Origin: an uncultured virus (IMG/VR IMGVR_UViG_3300006467_000155)
Taxonomy: Duplodnaviria; Heunggongvirae; Uroviricota; Caudoviricetes
Strand: one strand, 5' to 3'
IMG/VR virus record: IMGVR_UViG_3300006467_000155
DNA: 64,000 nt
Position 1 is the first letter of the stretch. Each line of letters begins with the position of its first letter. Below are positions 46,713-57,151 of the stretch, in pieces. The position numbers were made by a program, and so were the translations under genes. The notes under the pieces are model-generated. The model made no database searches, was not told the DNA's origin, and saw only the letters and a program-made list of their open reading frames with translations.

Positions 46713-48373
46713 ATCAGAGTCAGGCAGTTTTTCCATGTCAGTGTCCCACGCCCCGTACAGCATGTCGGGCCACTTATGACCACAGGCCCATGTGTGTCCG
46801 GGTTCCAGCTTAACAAATGCCCTATCCCCGGTGTCATTTGGTGCCTCACTCATAGGTGCTTCCTGTCCGTCCCGATGATCGTGGGTCATATAGAATCGCT
46901 CAAACCCGACAATGGTGCCTGTTCCATGTGGGACTTTCACCCGGTCACCTTTCTTGTATTCAGAGAGTTTCATCAGTCTTCCTTCTTGGGTTATCGGTAA
47001 GCTCGCTTAGGAAGCTCTACTTCCTCGACCCGCAACACCGTGTCCACCTTAGGGTTCAGGTTGTCGTCCGCAAGCTCAAACACCGGGGCCATATAATAGA
47101 GTTCCTGTATCTCGCACTGCTCTGCTATGGCGTTCCAGATTTTGTGGTAACCCCCCGGCTGCGTTCCTTGTGGGGTTTTCCAGCCGTTCAGGAAGCCAGT
47201 GTAGAGGATGCTCCGAAACACCGGGTTGTGAGGGCTGTGCGCCACGTCCACGATGTAATAACTGTTCTCTTTCCACCCGCCTTCAGGCTGGAAGATGGTT
47301 GGCTTGGTCATGCCGGCGTCCACCGGGGTTTCGTGTTTCTTGAGGGTACGGGTCATTCTGCCTCCTACAGGCTCAGGTGAAGTTGGGTGTTCTGCTCAAT
47401 GTCTTTCTTGAGCATGTCGGCGTACAGGCCATAAGACTGGGCCACTTCAATGATCTTGCCCCCGTAAAGCCTGAAGTACTCCACGTCATAGAGGTCTTGG
47501 TCGGTCAGCATGATCTTTATGTGACTGACCTTCCCCTTCTCCGGGTGCTTTCCTTTGATCTTGAATTGCACCCCTTTCTTGATCCCTACGAAAGCAGTGG
47601 CCCCGGTCATGGCAATGAAGCGGGTGCCTCCGAGTTGTTCAACGATGGTTTGGGCTATCTGGGTATCGCTCACGGTCCTCTCCTTAGCTTACCGGTGTGA
47701 ATCTTGAGGCGTGTGCCCCGATTTCTTTGCCCTCGTCGTCTCGCACGATCACGAATGGACGATCCGGGAATATGCCTTCCTGCCAGTCCACCACTTCGTA
47801 CACCTTGCCAGTGGTCAGTTGGTAGTCATACCCGTTCATGCAGCGCAGATGGGTCACGCCTTTCAGGGTGGTCACCCCGCTCATGGAGGGTTGTTTCAGA
47901 ATTGCTTTCTCTAACGCTGGGCTGAGTAGCATTGCTCTCTCCTTAGTTTTCCCACTCTACCGGTATGCGGGGGCCATGATTTTCTCTTGGTGGGAGTCTC
48001 ACAGTGGAAGCCCGGTTCTGCTCCACACTTAGGGCAAGTTACCTGCCTCACTGCGTCACTGGATGCCCACCCTGTCATCGGCCCCCCAACAATGTGTCTC
48101 GGGGTTGGATTGTCTGGGGTCCAACCTATGTACTTAATAGCCATGGCTCTCTCCTTAGGCTGCCATCTGGGTCATGTAGTGAACCGGGCGCTCATAGATG
48201 CCGCACTCACTGCGGTACACGCTGATCATCCGCATCTTGCTTCCGTCTTGGACGAATACCCGGCAGGTCTCGCCGTAGTTGACGTTCTCCCCCAGTGGCC
48301 AGAGACCGACCAGTTCTTCGGAGGCCAGAGCTTCGTTAAGGGTTTGGAACCAGTTGCGTTTGGATTCTTTCAT
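46692..48373 (-). other. Run of six small hypothetical genes (46692..46973, 46991..47356, 47365..47673, 47684..47932, 47911..48144, 48155..48373)
   Basis: Contiguous minus-strand ORFs with RBSs downstream of P7. Confidence 0.6.
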
Positions 48374-48412
48374 CTTGAGCACCCTCCTTGGGTATGTATT
48401 TGCTGTACTTTC

Positions 48413-48441
48413 AGTATCGTACAACCATCAGGATTTGTCAA
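48413..48441 (-). promoter_or_regulatory. sigma70-like promoter P7
   Basis: TTGACA-N17-GATACT. Confidence 0.85.
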
Positions 48442-48448
48442 ATGGTTT

Positions 48449-48462
48449 TGACATTAAGATCA
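48449..48462. repeat. Palindrome variant (2 mismatches)
   Basis: TGACATTAAGATCA, 7 bp upstream of the P7 -35; supplies the stop of the HNH gene. Confidence 0.8.
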
Positions 48463-48813
48463 AAAAAGCTCCATGTTTTCGTTCGGGCACCCGGGCCATA
48501 CCTTGTTACTTTTTCTTAGGTTCGGCCCTGCCGGTAACACTTCCAGATTCCATGGGACATGGAGCCCGCACACATAGTCACTGATGATCGGAACAATGTG
48601 GTCCACATGAACATCCTCGCCAGCAGCCTGTCGTTCCTTGAATTCCCGATATACCTCGGCAAACCCCGGGTGTTCTGCACACCAGTCTGGCCACGCCTGA
48701 TACAGGGCCCGGTAATACTTCACCGAGCGCCGGTAGTTCTTGTTAAGGTTCGGGTCGTCCGGGTCTTGCTTGGCAAGCCATATCGGGGACCGCTTACTGA
48801 GTGGTGTCGCCAT
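48460..48813 (-). CDS. HNH endonuclease
   Basis: HVDHIVP...VCGLHVPWNL.VL....NLRKSN. Confidence 0.8.
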   Translation of the reverse strand: MATPLSKRSPIWLAKQDPDDPNLNKNYRRSVKYYRALYQAWPDWCAEHPGFAEVYREFKERQAAGEDVHVDHIVPIISDYVCGLHVPWNLEVLPAGPNLRKSNKVWPGCPNENMELF

Positions 48814-48814
48814 A

Positions 48815-49393
48815 TTACATGCCGGGTTGCTGGTCTAGGATGCCCCAGTAAACTTCCATGCAAGCCTTAGCGTCATGGTAGGCTGAGTGTGCTTTCTCCA
48901 TGGTTCTGCCGGTGAAGTGGTTGTATGCCTCCCCGAGCTTCGGGCTACAGTAGTTCTTGTGCCCGGGCCGGCGCTTGCGGACCAACGGGGTACTCAGGTC
49001 CATGGTGCAGTGCTTATCGGTCTTCTGCCACATGGCCAAGTGGGCAGGTGCATATCGGGCAATAGCACAGCCCATGATGCCTATATCGAATCCTACATTA
49101 TGGGCAATCACTTTCGAGCCTTTCCACAGGTCGAGGAACAGTTCGGTAGCCAGCTTCTCGGACACGCCATGCTCTGCCGCCATCGAGTCATCAATACCAT
49201 GTACTTTCACCACCGCTGAGGGAATGTGCCAGCCCTCCGGTCGAATCATCACATCCAACACGCTCAGGACTTCCCGGTTGCTGGTCTCGGCCACTATCGC
49301 ACCCAACTGCACCAAGTGGGGTTGCTTGGGGTCTGCAGGGTCCAAGTTCCGCAGCCAACCGGTCGTCTCGGTATCCAGTACAACTACTCTCAT
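48815..49393 (-). CDS. DEDDh 3'-5' exonuclease (DnaQ-like)
   Basis: LDTETTG, IAHNVGFD, AHSAYHDA. Confidence 0.9.
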   Translation of the reverse strand: MRVVVLDTETTGWLRNLDPADPKQPHLVQLGAIVAETSNREVLSVLDVMIRPEGWHIPSAVVKVHGIDDSMAAEHGVSEKLATELFLDLWKGSKVIAHNVGFDIGIMGCAIARYAPAHLAMWQKTDKHCTMDLSTPLVRKRRPGHKNYCSPKLGEAYNHFTGRTMEKAHSAYHDAKACMEVYWGILDQQPGM

Positions 49394-49926
49394 GCCTGTA
49401 TCTCCGTCAGGTGTTTGTTCTTCAACCACAGCTCCCGGCGCTCGGGGGTGTTGTCGCCAAGCCCTACCTCATACCATTCGGCAGTCTTGTTGTCGAGTTC
49501 GTGCTGGGCATACCGGGCAAACACGTCCGGGACCGTAGTCACAATCCAGCCCACGTCTATCACCCATGCTTCCTTCACGTTCTCAAGGACGGTCTTTCTC
49601 ATGCGCTCGTAGACTTCCTCCATGTCTCGCATGGGGATTCGTTCACCGGCTGCCCCCTCCTCGATCTCCAACCACTCTTTGCCGCTGGCTTGGTGGTAGA
49701 TCAGGGCTCTGCAGCACACGGTCCACAGGCGCGGAGAGTCCAGTACTTGGCGAAAGCCCCGGTAGTCAAGGTTCACGTACACCCCGGCCATGCGGACCAT
49801 GCCATAGGCGTTCCTACGGGTATCTCCGGGGTCTACATCCGATTCCCATGCCCACATCAGGGCTGGGTTATACAGCCGGCTCTTTCGGCGCTTACCGCTG
49901 TTCGGCTTCCGCTTGCTCTTAGCCAT
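49390..49926 (-). CDS. Hypothetical protein
   Basis: Coupled ORF. Confidence 0.55.
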   Translation of the reverse strand: MAKSKRKPNSGKRRKSRLYNPALMWAWESDVDPGDTRRNAYGMVRMAGVYVNLDYRGFRQVLDSPRLWTVCCRALIYHQASGKEWLEIEEGAAGERIPMRDMEEVYERMRKTVLENVKEAWVIDVGWIVTTVPDVFARYAQHELDNKTAEWYEVGLGDNTPERRELWLKNKHLTEIQA

Positions 49927-50368
49927 CTGGGTTCTCCAACCGGCCTTTCAGGGTTTCCCACACAATCTGCACATCAGGATTGCAATCGCAGTCTCCATGG
50001 CACAGGTCCGTACAGGTCAGTTCACAGATTGGTTCTGCCTGCTCCCGGGTCAGACGTTCCGGTAACCGGTTACTCACTGACTTCTGCCTCCACGCCTGCA
50101 CTTCATCCCATAGCTGCCTAATGTCGCGGATGATCTTGACTACATGAGGGTTGGAGTAGATCACCTTCGGCTGGGTAGTGTAGTACTCAAGGTGCCGCAC
50201 CCGGCCTTCCCAGTTGACCTCCTCGGTAGCCTTGGGGACTTTGGGCATTTCCAAGTCCTCCATGGCCTCCCGCCACTCTTTCATGAAGCGTTCACGATCA
50301 CTGGGCCGCACCCGGATTATGTCATCGTCCAGCAACTTGGTGAGTAACTGCTTGGCTCTGCTGCTCAT
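49919..50368 (-). CDS. Hypothetical protein with Cys cluster
   Basis: Coupled ORF. Confidence 0.55.
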   Translation of the reverse strand: MSSRAKQLLTKLLDDDIIRVRPSDRERFMKEWREAMEDLEMPKVPKATEEVNWEGRVRHLEYYTTQPKVIYSNPHVVKIIRDIRQLWDEVQAWRQKSVSNRLPERLTREQAEPICELTCTDLCHGDCDCNPDVQIVWETLKGRLENPDG

Positions 50369-50871
50369 GGCGTTTCTCCTTCTTCCAGCACCCGCATTCT
50401 GTCATCTGGGGTCAGGGCCCGAGGGTCTTTGTGGAACATAAACATCTTTGAGTTATAGAAGTCTGACAAACAACACCCGGTGTAGCCCTTGGGGAGAATC
50501 TGCCCCTTCTCCGAGTAATCGTACATCAGCACCGGGGTCAGGCCTCTCTGCTCCACGGTATATACCGCCCACTCCCCATGGACTTCCTTATTGATACTGG
50601 TGTCTATGGCCACCTTGTCCCCAATGTAGATTTCTACACCCATGGAGTCACTGAGTCCGGTCGATACCCGGGGCGGCCACTTGCCTTCCGCTACTGCCTG
50701 AACCGTCTCCCATACATGCTCATAGTTGGGCCAATCGTGTTCAACCACCACACATTCTTCCGTAGGCACCCCACGCTCAATGAGGAATTTTCTCAGGGCA
50801 TCCTCCGTCACGTTATCCATACGCTTTAACTTGGTAACGATGTAGCGTTCTTCTCTCTTGAACTCAGTCAT
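50365..50871 (-). CDS. Protein with YopX-like C-terminal domain
   Basis: STGLSDSMGVEIYIGD; start MTEFKREERY. Confidence 0.55.
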   Translation of the reverse strand: MTEFKREERYIVTKLKRMDNVTEDALRKFLIERGVPTEECVVVEHDWPNYEHVWETVQAVAEGKWPPRVSTGLSDSMGVEIYIGDKVAIDTSINKEVHGEWAVYTVEQRGLTPVLMYDYSEKGQILPKGYTGCCLSDFYNSKMFMFHKDPRALTPDDRMRVLEEGETP

Positions 50872-50881
50872 TGGTCTTCTC

Positions 50882-51244
50882 CTATTCGTAACAGAGGGGG
50901 CAGGGCCCGCCAACAGTAGGTTGGTTGCAGCCAGCATAACCGCACTTGGTTCCCTTGTACTTATGCTCTGGGCAGCCCTCGATGGCTATTCTCATGGCGG
51001 CTGAGGCTACCTGCACGGCTTCCTTGTAGACCCTCTCCGGTGGCCAGCCTGATTCTTCTATCTTCAGCAGGGCTTCGGCCAGCTCCCCGACTTCCTCCAT
51101 GAGGGCCGTGTCAAGTTTGGCTCCCTTGGGGAACTTTTCTCTGGCCCTTTGGTTCTCCATCAGAACCTCAAGTAAAAATTTTCCTGATGGGTTCGAGCCA
51201 CTGTAGGACAGGTCTACGCCCATTATCTTTTGCTCGTTGCTCAT
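50882..51244 (-). CDS. MazG-like nucleotide pyrophosphohydrolase
   Basis: ALMEEVGELAEAL...KEAVQVA. Confidence 0.7.
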   Translation of the reverse strand: MSNEQKIMGVDLSYSGSNPSGKFLLEVLMENQRAREKFPKGAKLDTALMEEVGELAEALLKIEESGWPPERVYKEAVQVASAAMRIAIEGCPEHKYKGTKCGYAGCNQPTVGGPCPLCYE

Positions 51245-51440
51245 TGGTTTTCTCCGTAGTCGAGGGTTTGCCGGCCATTCTCGTCCCTACCGGTCAGGGT
51301 AAATTTTGGGAGGGTTGCTACTTTCTCAGGTACGTCCATCTGGCGCTTCAGGGTACCCAACAACATGCCGTGGGTGAGCCCACCGACAATCACCGCCGCC
51401 AGCAACAGGCACAGGAAGTTTGGGTGGTGCTCACCGTGGG

Positions 51441-51590
51441 TCAATGCAAATCCCATAGAAGCCAAGTGGCTCCGGTCAGCAGACAGGCCCACAGAAACGT
51501 GGCTACCGACAGAGGGTTCAATCCTCCGGGGATAGAGAACAGGAACAGCCCCCACATCAGGATGCTGATCACCACCATGATGATGTTCAC
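51441..51590 (-). CDS. Small two-TM membrane protein (49 aa, not in the track)
   Basis: MNIIMVVISILMWGLFLFSIPGGLNPLSVATFLWACLLTGATWLLWDLH. Confidence 0.45.
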   Translation of the reverse strand: MNIIMVVISILMWGLFLFSIPGGLNPLSVATFLWACLLTGATWLLWDLH

Positions 51591-52208
51591 TGGTTCTTCA
51601 CCTTCTCTTCCAGTTTCTCGATACGTTCCAGCATAGAGACCAGAACCTCTTTGTGATAATCATCGACAGGGCGGAACCAGCCGCACTTAGGGCAGTTGTT
51701 GTCGCCCTCAAGGATGCGCTTGTCTGTAGCCCTGCCGGTGTCCATCCCACAATTCCTGCAGTATGTGCTCATTATTCCTCCTCCTCGTCGGGGAACTCGG
51801 CAGACCAATGGCCAACGGGGTTCCCATTCACATCATGGAGCACCCCGCTTTGTTCCCCGGCAGAAAGCTGGTCTACCACGTTCTGGATTATTTGCATGGT
51901 CTCCGCTCTCGGGTCTTCCCGGAAGGCGTCATTACCCATGCTGTCGATGATCAGTTCAAAGCTCACGAGTCTTCCCCTTCTTCCACCAGCTCACCTTCCT
52001 CCTCCACTTCGTCCGGGTCGCTGATGATCTTGTTCATGTCTTTCAGGGCTCGCCTGCAGTGGAGGCAGTTTACGGCCCCGAGGTTGCGGGTGCCCCGGGC
52101 ATGACCATCACCGGTATGGCAGGCCATCTCAGGACCAAAGTCACCCATGCTGTTACGCTGGGCTCTGACTTCTTGCAGGGTCAGTTGGTAGTGGATCAGG
52201 GCTCTCAT
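51587..52208 (-). other. Three small hypothetical genes (51587..51772, 51772..51966, 51963..52208)
   Basis: Coupled ORFs; two have Cys motifs. Confidence 0.55.
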
Positions 52209-52209
52209 C

Positions 52210-52491
52210 TTACTCTCCATGGTATTGCCACAGCACCGCATTGCATTTGGCATGGACTGCGCCAATGGTCATGCCGGTCTTGTGGTCGTGGTGCAGGTGC
52301 ACAGGGTTGTTGAAGAATCCCGGGGGAAACAGGTTCTTGTTGATAACCTTCTTGGCCATGTCAGGCCGTGGGCCTCCCCCGAGGGTGAATCCGCAGTGCC
52401 AGCACTTACCCTTCTGCTTGCTTGCGTATTCCATCCGGGCCGCCTTACGGGCCCGGGCATTGGCAGTTGTGTAATTAATCGGCAGTTCCAT
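52210..52491 (-). CDS. Endonuclease VII / His-Me finger-like protein
   Basis: QKGKCWHC...VHLHHDHKTG..IGAVHAKCN. Confidence 0.7.
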   Translation of the reverse strand: MELPINYTTANARARKAARMEYASKQKGKCWHCGFTLGGGPRPDMAKKVINKNLFPPGFFNNPVHLHHDHKTGMTIGAVHAKCNAVLWQYHGE

Positions 52492-52781
52492 TACTGGCCT
52501 CTCAGTTTGGTGAAGCGGTCAATGTCACGTTGCACCCAGTACTCGTTGATTCCCTCCGAGACAATCGCCTGACAGATCAGTAGATTGGCTTCCTCGTACC
52601 GGCTGTCGTGCAGGTAGTGGCTGTCCATGATGTAGCCCACGACTTCCAAGTTGGTTTCCGGGGCTTCTGGGTCACCGATAATCTCCCAGTGGAATATGTC
52701 ACGGAAGGCCTTGACAATAACTTCGCGGGCTTCTTGGGAGAACACGGCATCTACTGGACTGGTTGGGTTGAGTACGTGCAT
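52491..52781 (-). CDS. Hypothetical early protein
   Basis: ATG after the P8 hairpin RBS. Confidence 0.6.
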   Translation of the reverse strand: MHVLNPTSPVDAVFSQEAREVIVKAFRDIFHWEIIGDPEAPETNLEVVGYIMDSHYLHDSRYEEANLLICQAIVSEGINEYWVQRDIDRFTKLRGQ

Positions 52782-52819
52782 TTCCTTTCCCTCCTTGGGA
52801 ATTGATTTTCTGTACTGTC

Positions 52820-52848
52820 AGTATCGTTCAGTGCTTATAGTTTGTCAA
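52820..52848 (-). promoter_or_regulatory. sigma70-like promoter P8
   Basis: TTGACA-N17-GATACT. Confidence 0.85.
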
Positions 52849-52855
52849 ATAAAAA

Positions 52856-52869
52856 TGACATTAATGTCA
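52856..52869. repeat. 14-bp palindrome copy (exact)
   Basis: 7 bp upstream of the P8 -35; supplies the stop of 52867..53178. Confidence 0.95.
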
Positions 52870-55800
52870 CTCTGGGTACAGGTACTGGTAGACCGTCAGG
52901 CCCCGCATGATCATGAAGGTCCATGTCAGCCTGAGTTCTGCTGGCTGTTCATCAATGAACTTCATCATCTCCGGTAGGTGGCTGGGCAGGTCTTTGGTGG
53001 GGTTACCTTCCAAGTCCAACGTCTGACAGTTATACCGGGTGCCATTATCACTCTCCGGATAGGGGACTTCCCCACACTCCAACCGTATCTCCCGATCTAC
53101 TATTCGGAAGTAAAGCTCATACACCTTTTCGCCTGCCGGCATTTTCTCGATCAATTTGTATATCTGTTTCACAGTCAACCTCCAATCTTGTTGGGTAGCT
53201 CTAACTGGGCAAGGCGGTTCTCAAGCTCCTGCAGCTTTTCAAGGATGTGGACCGTCACCTGTTTCTGGTCTTCCTCAGGCACCAAGTGGGGCAACCCACA
53301 ACTCGGGCAGAGAATATGCCCCTCAGCCACGTCAATCAGTTCTTGGGTGGTGCCGGGCTCAATAGCCTGTTTACAAAACGAGTACTGGCATAGCATACGA
53401 ACACTCATAACCTTCCTCCCGGCTTTCGCTTCAGTCTGCGTTTCTTGGGTTTCTTGCGCTTGCGTCCGATCATTCCCTGATCGTAGTCCTGCAGGTCGCT
53501 CCTGTCCGCCAGTGCCTTTACTTCTGTATGGGCTGCCTCGATCAGGGCCTTGGCCATGGCCGCGTTCAGAGTGCGTATACCGGGTCTGGCTCCTCCCACC
53601 ACGAGCACTTGCTTGTCCTCGTCAATCATACCCACCCCCACCGTGTCAGGTTCACCCACACACCCAGTGCAGTCATCATGCCCGTTACACTGATCAAGAG
53701 CAGGCCTACATACACCTTGCGCCGGTAGCTTGGGATGTTGACCCGGTAAGTGGCCCTCAACCACCAGCCGGTCAAGTACAGGCTTTTCATAAACAGGTGC
53801 GCCATCAGGGTGGTAGAAAGCACCAGTATCACACTCAGAATCGAATCTTCTATCACAGCTTGAAGTCCTCGAAGTATTTGTCCATATCGCCCCCGAACGT
53901 CTCGTGCAGGGTGTCCCACTGCATCTGGCTCAGGGAACCGGTGTGCTCTGATGGGCTACCGTCCTTCTTGAGGACAGGGCCGCTCACCCGCCACGTTGGG
54001 ATGCGGTCAGTATAGTCAGTGTCCACCGTGATCTTACGGACCTCCATGGTCTTGCCTTGGTGAGCTTTCCTGAGGATGGTGGTCTTGTCTCCAACCTTTA
54101 AGGGGCACTCCTGCTTGGCGTACTCCCGCGCAAGCTCATTGAAGGCCACGGTGGCTTTCCGCATCTTGTCTCGGGCCTTTCTCAGGTGGTCCTTGGTGAT
54201 CTTCTCCACAATAGGCTCATTACTGACTTCCCGGGTGCTGAACTTGAACGTCCCGGGTATCTTCTGGTCATTGCCGAACTGGACTACCACCACCCCCTCG
54301 TTGGTGCCCCCCACCACGAATCCCTTGGCATTCTTGAACCCTCCACTGGCATTCACGTACACCGGCTCCATGGGGCCTAAGGTCTTTTCTTTCTGGCCGC
54401 CAGCCGGGAACACCGGGTACTCGGGCTCACCATCGCGGTGCTGTCCCTTGTAATAGAGGTCGGCTTCCCCACACAGGACATGCCTCATAGTGTGATCTGG
54501 GTCAAGGATGCAGTAATGGTCCTTGGTGTTGGCTAACCGGTAAAGCCTTCGGTCCATCGTGTCTCGGCCCAAGTCCATCAGGTTGTTTACCAACCCATGC
54601 AGGCTGTTGAATTTCTTTGGTTCAGTCATAGTATCAACCCTTTCGCACATTGGCCGAAGGCACACCCGCAATCTTTGGGTTGTGTCTCGGTCCCGTCTTC
54701 ATGAATGATCCACTCGCTGTAGTGCTTTGACTTGGAATCACAACGGCAGTAGTCAGTGTCCTTTTCGTCATTCCCCCACAGTGGGGTTTTTTGACCACCA
54801 TCTGATGAAACAGGGTAGCCTGACTCACCGATGGCTTTAGCAATAGCTGGGAGCATATCTGCTTCCCAAATCTCCCCGTCCATTTCCTGTTGGATATGGG
54901 CAATAGTGGCTTCCAACTTGATATGACGATCTACCAGATCAAGCAACCATTGCTCATTGACCAGCCTTACCCCTTTCAGCAGGACTTCATTGGTGTAGTC
55001 CTCGCAGCCACTTCCGGGGAACTCCTCATCAATATCATGGTTAAGGAAAGGCCCGTAGAGCTGCAGACTCTTGGTGGTCTTGAGTTCGAGTTCCTTATTT
55101 AGCTTCTCACTTGGTGTCATAGCTTCTTCGCCTTCTCGTACTGGTCCAAGGTCATGCCATCGCCCCGGTATTTCACGCCCACCTGCTTGGCCACGGCACG
55201 TCTGACTTTGTTCTCCCGGCAGAACTTACACAGATGATCAACTTCACTGGCATAGCCCTTGCCGCATTGGCATTTCATTCTGCGTATCTCCATTGGATGT
55301 TTCGGTAGGTGTACCCCTCGGCAAAGCTCTTGAAGGACTGCCTTGCCGCCGCCCGGTGGTCAGGAACAATGTGACTTCCGGGGACAAAGGCCGGCTCAAG
55401 TTCGGACAGGGGGGTGGCTGTCTCTGGCGTTCCGTCCAGTGAGAAGTAACCATCCCCGTTGTTGTAGACGGTCATGTGATATGGCTTGTTCCAGACCTTT
55501 ACGGTCTTGACCATGACCGGGGTTCCATCAGGCCAGCGTCTCATCAGTTTCTCCTTGTCCTTGCTACCAACAGGTACACCTGACCAATCCCTATTAAGCA
55601 TTGAATCAACAGGCCTTGAATAACGTCCAGTTGGGTACCGTGAAGTAAGGCTACCACCCCGACAAAAACCATAATCACCTGCAGACCCAGCAATACGTCC
55701 TTCATCAGTTTCTCCGCATCTTGGCAATGTCCTCGGCCTCACTCTGGTCAAAGATCGGGACAAGGTTGGATTTGTGCATCATGCCGATACCCTTCAGCCG

Positions 55801-56323
55801 GTCCCCGGTGTAGCGCAGGGGCTCACGGTAGCTGCAGTCGTGTGCTTGGGTATCCAGTGAAGGGTACTCGGTCGTTTCCCTTTTGTAGGGCTTCGGAGAG
55901 CTTGGTAGGTGGTCTGGCCGCTGATTGGTGAGGCCCAGACCCCGGTTGATGGATTCAAGTCTCTCACGCTCCGCCTTGGCTCTCTGCTGCTGTTCTTGGC
56001 GGAGCCTTGTCTTCTGGGTCTTGGTCAGTTTCTTGGCCATCTGCTGCTCCCAAGGACCGGTCTCAGAACCGGCCCAGTGCCACGGCGATTTCGTCATGTC
56101 CAATGTGCTGGCGGATGTACCCGTCAGCGTGGAGGGCGCTCATATTCCCAACAATATCAAAAGCATAGGCAACGAGGTCATGCTTCTGAGATTTGATCTG
56201 CATCACCCACCCGTTCTTCACGTCTTTGTGGTTGTCATCCACTCGGGCGTGTGGAGTGCCCATCTGGCGATCTTCTTTGACGGTCTTGATGAAGTTGTTG
56301 ATCTGGGTCTTGGTGACTTTCAT
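52867..56323 (-). other. Run of ~11 small hypothetical genes downstream of P9 (incl. 52867..53178, 53175..53408, 53853..54629, 54626..55120, 55705..56040, 56063..56323)
   Basis: Coupled minus-strand ORFs; 55705..56040 has a YTG..LKGIG.MHKSN.VP motif I recognise from other phage hypotheticals. Confidence 0.6.
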
Positions 56324-56363
56324 CTGCTTACCCTCCTTGGGTATTTATGTGCTTGGTACTATC

Positions 56364-56392
56364 AGTATCGTATACCCCTACTAATTTGTCAA
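56364..56392 (-). promoter_or_regulatory. sigma70-like promoter P9
   Basis: TTGACA-N17-GATACT. Confidence 0.85.
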
Positions 56393-56400
56393 ATAGTAAT

Positions 56401-56414
56401 TGACATTAATATCA
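56401..56414. repeat. Palindrome variant (1 mismatch)
   Basis: TGACATTAATATCA, 8 bp upstream of the P9 -35; supplies the stop of 56412..56696. Confidence 0.85.
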
Positions 56415-56696
56415 AAAAAGAATCTGGTCGTGGGAAAACTCGGTCTGCAGAACTTTCTGAATGGTGGGCCAGATTACCGGATGCCGTACCACGTCATTCA
56501 TCATGTGGATTGGGTCGGCCACTCCTTTCCTTAGCAGGAACATGTAGGCAGAGAAGGCATCCTCAATGAACTCAGACGCTATAACCACTACTTGCCCTGT
56601 GAACAGGGTGACTTCAAAGTCCCGGCCTGTGATTACTCTCTGCACTAACAGGGGGATGCCTTCTTCGTCTTCCAGTGGGTGCTTGATTTCTCGCAT
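56412..56696 (-). CDS. Hypothetical protein
   Basis: AAGGAGG RBS. Confidence 0.6.
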   Translation of the reverse strand: MREIKHPLEDEEGIPLLVQRVITGRDFEVTLFTGQVVVIASEFIEDAFSAYMFLLRKGVADPIHMMNDVVRHPVIWPTIQKVLQTEFSHDQILF

Positions 56697-56745
56697 CTCT
56701 TCCTCCTTGGGAATGGTAGCCCCCGCCTAAGCAGGGGCCGGATGG

Positions 56746-57042
56746 TTATTCGATGACTTGCATCACGAGGTTGCCCTTCGACATTTTGATGTTGAAGTAG
56801 CCGAGGTTGCACACGTCCCTCACCGCTGCTTTGATGGGTTCTGGTGCTTCCATGAGTTGGTCCGTGCGGTTCCACACAACTCCGCCCATGCCATCAACAC
56901 CAACATCGCTGTGCAGTCTTGGGTCCATCTTCATCACTTTGGCTCGAACTGGCTGAGCCCGGACCCGTGCATGTTTGGCTGCTTCGTTAAGAGATTCAGC
57001 TTTGCCCCAGTTGCCTGAGGCGGTCACGATCACATAGATCAT
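56746..57042 (-). CDS. Hypothetical early protein
   Basis: First gene after P10. Confidence 0.6.
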   Translation of the reverse strand: MIYVIVTASGNWGKAESLNEAAKHARVRAQPVRAKVMKMDPRLHSDVGVDGMGGVVWNRTDQLMEAPEPIKAAVRDVCNLGYFNIKMSKGNLVMQVIE

Positions 57043-57102
57043 GGTATTACCCTCCTTGAATTATTAAAGAACACGGACCCAGTTGTTTGAGCCCGTATTA
57101 TC

Positions 57103-57131
57103 AGTATCGCACACGTTTGCCCGTTTGTCAA
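57103..57131 (-). promoter_or_regulatory. sigma70-like promoter P10
   Basis: TTGACA-N17-GATACT. Confidence 0.85.
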
Positions 57132-57135
57132 ATAG

Positions 57136-57149
57136 TGACATTAATGTCA
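57136..57149. repeat. 14-bp palindrome copy (exact)
   Basis: 4 bp upstream of the P10 -35. Confidence 0.95.
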
Positions 57150-57151
57150 AA

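Noticed and set aside
6293..48424. Shared peptides DTEST(A) and MTLMS in several track ORFs as a protein motif
   Set aside because: These are translations of the repeated promoter leader and palindrome; the true starts lie downstream, after the RBS.
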